This document shows positions 1-6,968 of a stretch of DNA of 7,804 nucleotides, in pieces. Origin of the DNA: Naegleria gruberi (taxonomy: Eukaryota); NCBI GenBank assembly GCA_000004985.1, contig GG739103.1, one strand, 5' to 3'. The position numbers were made by a program, and so were the translations under genes. Each line of letters begins with the position of its first letter. Position 1 is the first letter of the stretch. Below the pieces are notes generated by a model, which was not told where the DNA came from, ran no database searches, and worked only from the letters and a program-made list of their open reading frames with translations.

Positions 1-1
1 A

Positions 2-580
2 TCATTGTACAATCTACCAGATGCAGAAGATGATAGAAAAAAGGATGAATCATTAGCCCTATCCGAAAGTCTTCTTGAATTTATGAATCCTGGCCAAGAT
101 TCATATATCAATCCGTTATCCAAAGTTCCAAATCATGGAATAAATGAAAACCCTATCGCATTTGCCCTGATTAATTCAGAGGAAACTATTTCAGATGAAA
201 ATAATCCAATCACCTATGGATATTCATCTCAAATGATCTTCATAGAAGAGAAGTTACTTCCATATGCTGGTGGAAGTTATGAAACAGCATCAAGTGTTGC
301 TGGAGGAGAAGGTCAACCACCACCACATCCAGTTACCATTCCAAGAATGCTTGGAAATGGCCCATCTCTACTAGATTTGAGATTGCCATCCAATGTACTG
401 GAATATATACTCGAACTCTTGAGAACTAACTCAGGTCCAGGATCTGTACTAAACGAAAAGGTTGCACAATCTGAAAAAGATGAAAAGGAAGCCAAGGATT
501 TTGATATCTTCAATCCTCATCATGATCATCATGATCATCATGATAAGAACGATGATGACTATGACTACAATCTAAATTAA
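2..580 (+). CDS. 3'-terminal coding segment (C-terminal ~192 aa) of a gene that starts upstream of the window; product unknown; His/Asp-rich acidic tail
   Basis: Frame 2 is open from the window edge (codon tca at 2-4) to TAA at 578-580, 192 sense codons in AT-rich DNA where stops are frequent. The track's 'M' at 5-7 is actually TTG, so there is no true start; the gene continues upstream. Composition looks coding (GGEGQPPPHP, LLDLRLPSNVLEYILELLRTN). Ends ...NPHHDHHDHHDKNDDDYDYNLN*. No family recognised by eye. Confidence 0.6.
   Translation, partial: SLYNLPDAEDDRKKDESLALSESLLEFMNPGQDSYINPLSKVPNHGINENPIAFALINSEETISDENNPITYGYSSQMIFIEEKLLPYAGGSYETASSVAGGEGQPPPHPVTIPRMLGNGPSLLDLRLPSNVLEYILELLRTNSGPGSVLNEKVAQSEKDEKEAKDFDIFNPHHDHHDHHDKNDDDYDYNLN
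518..544 (+). repeat. perfect tandem repeat (CATCATGAT)x3, in-frame, encoding HHD-HHD-HHD
   Basis: Read directly: cat cat gat | cat cat gat | cat cat gat at 518-544, immediately followed by aag aac gat gat gac. Three exact copies of a 9-nt unit. Confidence 0.9.
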
Positions 581-610
581 GTTTTAGGTTCATGTTCAAA
601 AAGTTTTGTA

Positions 611-616
611 AATAAA
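611..616 (+). terminator. AATAAA polyadenylation signal for the gene ending at 580
   Basis: Canonical hexamer 'aataaa' 31 nt downstream of the TAA stop. GT/T-rich stretch follows (gttgtgtgtaactttttt). Confidence 0.45.
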
Positions 617-1067
617 GTTGTGTGTAACTTTTTTAAAAGGTGAACCTGGTTTCCATGAATACTGTTGTGATCTTTCTAATGGATTGTAAAAGTAGTTGTT
701 GAGGTTTTTTTTTTCATCAAAGAACATCGAGTTCGGATCTGGATTTGAACAGAAAAGCTTGTAAAAAGTGGAAATTGTTCGCTAACGTAAAATAGTTCAC
801 AAAGCAAGATATTTTGATCAAAGGAGTTGCTTTGCAATTCCATTTCACCCACAAATTCAATCCAAACAAAATTTCTTTCACCTTCTCCAATTCTCTGTTG
901 ATGATACCCGTTTTGTTAATATTCCTAATAATCATTAATGCTGAACAAGAACAATAGAGAAGATTTTCCCGCCCAAGAATAACTTGCCTTAACAAAAACA
1001 TGTTTAAATCTAACAATAAATATGTGAACAACAATTAGTTATTCATGTTATTAGGATCATTTCCCTT

Positions 1068-1202
1068 TTATTCTTCATCTTGTTCATGTTTTTTACTCAT
1101 ACTCTCTTTATCAGATCTATTTTCACAAGTTCCTGAATCTTCATCTTGTTCAATTCTTGGAATCCAGATTCTTACATAATTTGATATATAATTTCTGTTA
1201 GC
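1068..1202 (-). CDS. candidate 3'-terminal exon or ORF of a minus-strand gene (44 codons + stop): ANRNYISNYVRIWIPRIEQDEDSGTCENRSDKESMSKKHEQDEE*
   Basis: Minus-strand frame open from after a TGA (1205-1203) to TAA (1070-1068). Acidic C-terminus. Preceded by a possible acceptor ...gagctaacag| (AG at 1196-1195). AATAAA overlaps the stop on the minus strand (gaaTAAAag). No similarity recognised. Speculative. Confidence 0.25.
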   Translation of the reverse strand, partial: ANRNYISNYVRIWIPRIEQDEDSGTCENRSDKESMSKKHEQDEE

Positions 1203-1493
1203 TCAACTGGTTCATATGTTATTGAAACAACGTCATTTGGTACTGATGTCCTCAGAAGAAAGAAGGGTTAAGGAACATGCTGCTCCACAAAAGCTATGAA
1301 TTAAAAACACCTATTTATTAATTCTTAATCAGGTTAATATTTTCCAATTTTGATGGCAGAGATACTCACCAGTGTTCAGAAGAAACTGTGCAAATATTTG
1401 ATCATCATTAATAATAAATAGATTATTAATATTCTTTGTGGAAGAAAATATTTTAATTAATTATTAGTTTTGAAGAATTTTATTAAAAATTTA

Positions 1494-1655
1494 CCTCCGT
1501 GTTTGATCATGTTGGTTAGAAATTGTACAATCAAAAATTATATGATTACCACATGTTAAAAGATCTCTCTTGTCATTAATAATGTAAAATGTGGATTGAT
1601 CACAACGAGTTGATGGTTCATCACCTCCAACAATCAGCACTGTGTGATGAAAGAA
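1494..1655 (-). CDS. candidate internal exon of the same minus-strand gene (54 codons): FFHHTVLIVGGDEPSTRCDQSTFYIINDKRDLLTCGNHIIFDCTISNQHDQTRR
   Basis: Minus-strand frame open for 54 codons with a coding-like composition. Bounded upstream by pyrimidine-rich acceptor-like sites (aattttgctag| at 1656, or tcatcacacag|). Bounded downstream by a consensus-like donor cggAG|GTAAAT (donor G at plus coordinate 1494). No ATG in the exon, so an upstream exon would be required. Speculative. Confidence 0.25.
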
Positions 1656-1841
1656 CTAGCAAAATTGTATTTTTAGACCAGAATAAAAAATAAAAGAAAA
1701 AATTTTGTCGCTTGCCTTCTTCCATCATTAGGAGAGTGAAACGCGTCATCAAAAATTAAATTAGTTAATCTAAATACAAGTGGTTGTATATTGTTAAATT
1801 GCTACTTGTTTAGGTTACAGTAGATTATTATTATATATAGT

Positions 1842-1850
1842 GGTTATTTG
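1842..1850. promoter_or_regulatory. TATA-like element TATATATAG
   Basis: 'ttatatatag' lies about 80 nt upstream of ATG 1930. It sits in the ~270 bp between the divergent candidate minus-strand exon (1655) and the plus-strand gene (1930). The sequence is palindrome-like, so it could serve either direction. Motif-only call. Confidence 0.2.
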
Positions 1851-1929
1851 TTTGGTTTTTAGGAAGCTAAATATTATTATTTTACACCCGATCAAAGTAT
1901 TGTTGTGAAGAGATAAATACCTAGTAACA

Positions 1930-2168
1930 ATGAAAATGACAGATGAATATGACCTTTCAGATAGTGATGATGAAATGATGCAAGATACTGAGGAAGATAG
2001 AGGTTTCAGTGCTGAAGAAGAGAGAAAGCTTGCTTTAAGACAACAGGAATTGGATGAAGCAGCTCAATATTATGAACCAATCGATGAATCAAAGGAAGGT
2101 GTCTATCATGTCAAATCATTTGATGCCAATACTGAAAAAGTGAGATGGAAGGCGACTTTCAAAAATGC
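1930..2168 (+). CDS. 5' coding part (first 79 codons) of a gene that continues into the assembly gap; product unknown; acidic Ser/Asp/Glu-rich N-terminus
   Basis: ATG at 1930 is the first ATG after an in-frame TGA (1906-1908). Context is aacaATGa (A at -3). Open through to the first N at 2169: MKMTDEYDLSDSDDEMMQDTEEDRGFSAEEERKLALRQQELDEAAQYYEPIDESKEGVYHVKSFDANTEKVRWKATFKN. The track continuations of 1500+ X are artifacts. Confidence 0.5.
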
Positions 2169-5100
2169 NNNNNNNNNNNNNNNNNNNNNNNNNNNNNNNN
2201 NNNNNNNNNNNNNNNNNNNNNNNNNNNNNNNNNNNNNNNNNNNNNNNNNNNNNNNNNNNNNNNNNNNNNNNNNNNNNNNNNNNNNNNNNNNNNNNNNNNN
2301 NNNNNNNNNNNNNNNNNNNNNNNNNNNNNNNNNNNNNNNNNNNNNNNNNNNNNNNNNNNNNNNNNNNNNNNNNNNNNNNNNNNNNNNNNNNNNNNNNNNN
2401 NNNNNNNNNNNNNNNNNNNNNNNNNNNNNNNNNNNNNNNNNNNNNNNNNNNNNNNNNNNNNNNNNNNNNNNNNNNNNNNNNNNNNNNNNNNNNNNNNNNN
2501 NNNNNNNNNNNNNNNNNNNNNNNNNNNNNNNNNNNNNNNNNNNNNNNNNNNNNNNNNNNNNNNNNNNNNNNNNNNNNNNNNNNNNNNNNNNNNNNNNNNN
2601 NNNNNNNNNNNNNNNNNNNNNNNNNNNNNNNNNNNNNNNNNNNNNNNNNNNNNNNNNNNNNNNNNNNNNNNNNNNNNNNNNNNNNNNNNNNNNNNNNNNN
2701 NNNNNNNNNNNNNNNNNNNNNNNNNNNNNNNNNNNNNNNNNNNNNNNNNNNNNNNNNNNNNNNNNNNNNNNNNNNNNNNNNNNNNNNNNNNNNNNNNNNN
2801 NNNNNNNNNNNNNNNNNNNNNNNNNNNNNNNNNNNNNNNNNNNNNNNNNNNNNNNNNNNNNNNNNNNNNNNNNNNNNNNNNNNNNNNNNNNNNNNNNNNN
2901 NNNNNNNNNNNNNNNNNNNNNNNNNNNNNNNNNNNNNNNNNNNNNNNNNNNNNNNNNNNNNNNNNNNNNNNNNNNNNNNNNNNNNNNNNNNNNNNNNNNN
3001 NNNNNNNNNNNNNNNNNNNNNNNNNNNNNNNNNNNNNNNNNNNNNNNNNNNNNNNNNNNNNNNNNNNNNNNNNNNNNNNNNNNNNNNNNNNNNNNNNNNN
3101 NNNNNNNNNNNNNNNNNNNNNNNNNNNNNNNNNNNNNNNNNNNNNNNNNNNNNNNNNNNNNNNNNNNNNNNNNNNNNNNNNNNNNNNNNNNNNNNNNNNN
3201 NNNNNNNNNNNNNNNNNNNNNNNNNNNNNNNNNNNNNNNNNNNNNNNNNNNNNNNNNNNNNNNNNNNNNNNNNNNNNNNNNNNNNNNNNNNNNNNNNNNN
3301 NNNNNNNNNNNNNNNNNNNNNNNNNNNNNNNNNNNNNNNNNNNNNNNNNNNNNNNNNNNNNNNNNNNNNNNNNNNNNNNNNNNNNNNNNNNNNNNNNNNN
3401 NNNNNNNNNNNNNNNNNNNNNNNNNNNNNNNNNNNNNNNNNNNNNNNNNNNNNNNNNNNNNNNNNNNNNNNNNNNNNNNNNNNNNNNNNNNNNNNNNNNN
3501 NNNNNNNNNNNNNNNNNNNNNNNNNNNNNNNNNNNNNNNNNNNNNNNNNNNNNNNNNNNNNNNNNNNNNNNNNNNNNNNNNNNNNNNNNNNNNNNNNNNN
3601 NNNNNNNNNNNNNNNNNNNNNNNNNNNNNNNNNNNNNNNNNNNNNNNNNNNNNNNNNNNNNNNNNNNNNNNNNNNNNNNNNNNNNNNNNNNNNNNNNNNN
3701 NNNNNNNNNNNNNNNNNNNNNNNNNNNNNNNNNNNNNNNNNNNNNNNNNNNNNNNNNNNNNNNNNNNNNNNNNNNNNNNNNNNNNNNNNNNNNNNNNNNN
3801 NNNNNNNNNNNNNNNNNNNNNNNNNNNNNNNNNNNNNNNNNNNNNNNNNNNNNNNNNNNNNNNNNNNNNNNNNNNNNNNNNNNNNNNNNNNNNNNNNNNN
3901 NNNNNNNNNNNNNNNNNNNNNNNNNNNNNNNNNNNNNNNNNNNNNNNNNNNNNNNNNNNNNNNNNNNNNNNNNNNNNNNNNNNNNNNNNNNNNNNNNNNN
4001 NNNNNNNNNNNNNNNNNNNNNNNNNNNNNNNNNNNNNNNNNNNNNNNNNNNNNNNNNNNNNNNNNNNNNNNNNNNNNNNNNNNNNNNNNNNNNNNNNNNN
4101 NNNNNNNNNNNNNNNNNNNNNNNNNNNNNNNNNNNNNNNNNNNNNNNNNNNNNNNNNNNNNNNNNNNNNNNNNNNNNNNNNNNNNNNNNNNNNNNNNNNN
4201 NNNNNNNNNNNNNNNNNNNNNNNNNNNNNNNNNNNNNNNNNNNNNNNNNNNNNNNNNNNNNNNNNNNNNNNNNNNNNNNNNNNNNNNNNNNNNNNNNNNN
4301 NNNNNNNNNNNNNNNNNNNNNNNNNNNNNNNNNNNNNNNNNNNNNNNNNNNNNNNNNNNNNNNNNNNNNNNNNNNNNNNNNNNNNNNNNNNNNNNNNNNN
4401 NNNNNNNNNNNNNNNNNNNNNNNNNNNNNNNNNNNNNNNNNNNNNNNNNNNNNNNNNNNNNNNNNNNNNNNNNNNNNNNNNNNNNNNNNNNNNNNNNNNN
4501 NNNNNNNNNNNNNNNNNNNNNNNNNNNNNNNNNNNNNNNNNNNNNNNNNNNNNNNNNNNNNNNNNNNNNNNNNNNNNNNNNNNNNNNNNNNNNNNNNNNN
4601 NNNNNNNNNNNNNNNNNNNNNNNNNNNNNNNNNNNNNNNNNNNNNNNNNNNNNNNNNNNNNNNNNNNNNNNNNNNNNNNNNNNNNNNNNNNNNNNNNNNN
4701 NNNNNNNNNNNNNNNNNNNNNNNNNNNNNNNNNNNNNNNNNNNNNNNNNNNNNNNNNNNNNNNNNNNNNNNNNNNNNNNNNNNNNNNNNNNNNNNNNNNN
4801 NNNNNNNNNNNNNNNNNNNNNNNNNNNNNNNNNNNNNNNNNNNNNNNNNNNNNNNNNNNNNNNNNNNNNNNNNNNNNNNNNNNNNNNNNNNNNNNNNNNN
4901 NNNNNNNNNNNNNNNNNNNNNNNNNNNNNNNNNNNNNNNNNNNNNNNNNNNNNNNNNNNNNNNNNNNNNNNNNNNNNNNNNNNNNNNNNNNNNNNNNNNN
5001 NNNNNNNNNNNNNNNNNNNNNNNNNNNNNNNNNNNNNNNNNNNNNNNNNNNNNNNNNNNNNNNNNNNNNNNNNNNNNNNNNNNNNNNNNNNNNNNNNNNN

Positions 5101-6671
5101 NNNNNNNNNNNNNNNNNNNNNNNNNNNNNNNNNNNNNNNNNNNNNNNNNNNNNNNNNNNNNNNNNNNNNNNNNNNNNNNNNNNNNNNNNNNNNNNNNNNN
5201 NNNNNNNNNNNNNNNNNNNNNNNNNNNNNNNNNNNNNNNNNNNNNNNNNNNNNNNNNNNNNNNNNNNNNNNNNNNNNNNNNNNNNNNNNNNNNNNNNNNN
5301 NNNNNNNNNNNNNNNNNNNNNNNNNNNNNNNNNNNNNNNNNNNNNNNNNNNNNNNNNNNNNNNNNNNNNNNNNNNNNNNNNNNNNNNNNNNNNNNNNNNN
5401 NNNNNNNNNNNNNNNNNNNNNNNNNNNNNNNNNNNNNNNNNNNNNNNNNNNNNNNNNNNNNNNNNNNNNNNNNNNNNNNNNNNNNNNNNNNNNNNNNNNN
5501 NNNNNNNNNNNNNNNNNNNNNNNNNNNNNNNNNNNNNNNNNNNNNNNNNNNNNNNNNNNNNNNNNNNNNNNNNNNNNNNNNNNNNNNNNNNNNNNNNNNN
5601 NNNNNNNNNNNNNNNNNNNNNNNNNNNNNNNNNNNNNNNNNNNNNNNNNNNNNNNNNNNNNNNNNNNNNNNNNNNNNNNNNNNNNNNNNNNNNNNNNNNN
5701 NNNNNNNNNNNNNNNNNNNNNNNNNNNNNNNNNNNNNNNNNNNNNNNNNNNNNNNNNNNNNNNNNNNNNNNNNNNNNNNNNNNNNNNNNNNNNNNNNNNN
5801 NNNNNNNNNNNNNNNNNNNNNNNNNNNNNNNNNNNNNNNNNNNNNNNNNNNNNNNNNNNNNNNNNNNNNNNNNNNNNNNNNNNNNNNNNNNNNNNNNNNN
5901 NNNNNNNNNNNNNNNNNNNNNNNNNNNNNNNNNNNNNNNNNNNNNNNNNNNNNNNNNNNNNNNNNNNNNNNNNNNNNNNNNNNNNNNNNNNNNNNNNNNN
6001 NNNNNNNNNNNNNNNNNNNNNNNNNNNNNNNNNNNNNNNNNNNNNNNNNNNNNNNNNNNNNNNNNNNNNNNNNNNNNNNNNNNNNNNNNNNNNNNNNNNN
6101 NNNNNNNNNNNNNNNNNNNNNNNNNNNNNNNNNNNNNNNNNNNNNNNNNNNNNNNNNNNNNNNNNNNNNNNNNNNNNNNNNNNNNNNNNNNNNNNNNNNN
6201 NNNNNNNNNNNNNNNNNNNNNNNNNNNNNNNNNNNNNNNNNNNNNNNNNNNNNNNNNNNNNNNNNNNNNNNNNNNNNNNNNNNNNNNNNNNNNNNNNNNN
6301 NNNNNNNNNNNNNNNNNNNNNNNNNNNNNNNNNNNNNNNNNNNNNNNNNNNNNNNNNNNNNNNNNNNNNNNNNNNNNNNNNNNNNNNNNNNNNNNNNNNN
6401 NNNNNNNNNNNNNNNNNNNNNNNNNNNNNNNNNNNNNNNNNNNNNNNNNNNNNNNNNNNNNNNNNNNNNNNNNNNNNNNNNNNNNNNNNNNNNNNNNNNN
6501 NNNNNNNNNNNNNNNNNNNNNNNNNNNNNNNNNNNNNNNNNNNNNNNNNNNNNNNNNNNNNNNNNNNNNNNNNNNNNNNNNNNNNNNNNNNNNNNNNNNN
6601 NNNNNNNNNNNNNNNNNNNNNNNNNNNNNNNNNNNNNNNNNNNNNNNNNNNNNNNNNNNNNNNNNNNNNNN
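2169..6671. other. assembly gap: 4503 consecutive N
   Basis: Uninterrupted run of 'n' from 2169 (after ...aaaaatgc) to 6671 (before gaaacatctc...). No sequence information here. All ORFs spanning it are translation-of-N artifacts. Confidence 0.99.
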
Positions 6672-6890
6672 GAAACATCTCGGAATTAGATAATAATAAT
6701 ATGGATTATTTGGAGTTTCTTTTTGTATCTGATGAATAATTTCCACCTTTTGAATCGAATACTTTCTTGCACTTTCGTATTTAATTTGTAATTTTGTAAA
6801 TAATTTAATTTCCGAACAAGATTTTAAATTTTCACATTCATCTAATGATTGCAATACTAATTTAATATCCCCCTTTACTAAATTGCTCAT
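6672..6890 (-). CDS. candidate N-terminal fragment (73 codons) of a minus-strand gene that continues into the gap: MSNLVKGDIKLVLQSLDECENLKSCSEIKLFTKLQIKYESARKYSIQKVEIIHQIQKETPNNPYYYYLIPRCF...
   Basis: ATG is the reverse complement of 'cat' at 6888-6890, in context gttaaaaaaaATGagc (A-run before ATG, like the plus-strand gene at 6969). 73 sense codons open to the gap edge. The alternative plus-strand reading of the same DNA has only 22 codons before TAA at 6737-6739. Unknown product. Confidence 0.3.
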
Positions 6891-6968
6891 TTTTTTTAAC
6901 AGTTTCTTTTGTAAAGTTTAAATTTCACTGCAAATTCAGATTTGAAAATTAGAAACAATTAAAAAAAA

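Noticed and set aside
313-513. 66-aa minus-strand ORF inside the 2..580 coding segment
   Set aside because: It is antisense to a much longer, better-supported open frame. It is Ser/Gly/Cys-rich with low complexity, typical of an antisense shadow ORF.
721-745. gagttcggatc / reverse-complement GTTCAAATCC resembling a tRNA T-loop
   Set aside because: The flanking sequence does not form a 5-bp T-stem, acceptor stem or other cloverleaf arms. The region is AT-rich and unstructured. It is a T-loop-like heptamer by chance.
717-1034. 105-aa minus-strand ORF (MLFTYLLLDLNMFLLRQ...)
   Set aside because: Its 'start' is TTG (reverse complement of caa at 1032-1034), not ATG. It lies in the presumptive 3'UTR/intergenic stretch between the two converging genes, downstream of the minus-strand stop at 1068. 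Composition is hydrophobic and low-complexity with no recognisable motif. Not excluded outright, but I would not annotate it.
1690-1720. Minus-strand ATGATGGAAGAAGGCAAGCGACAAAAT... (MMEEGKRQNFFFYFLFWSKNTILLVLSSHSADCWR*) as exon 1 of the minus-strand gene
   Set aside because: The frame hits TGA after 35 codons with no usable GT donor before it. Joining to the 1655-1494 exon through the available GG/GT sites breaks the frame. The start of the minus-strand gene is left unassigned.
1930-6890. Four very long ORFs in the supplied track (1930..6693 +, 2145..6689 +, 2165..6739 +, 2106..6890 -, 2116..6678 -), each ~1500 aa and mostly X
   Set aside because: They are open only because N translates to X with no stops. 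Real sequence exists only at their ends, and those ends are evaluated separately above.
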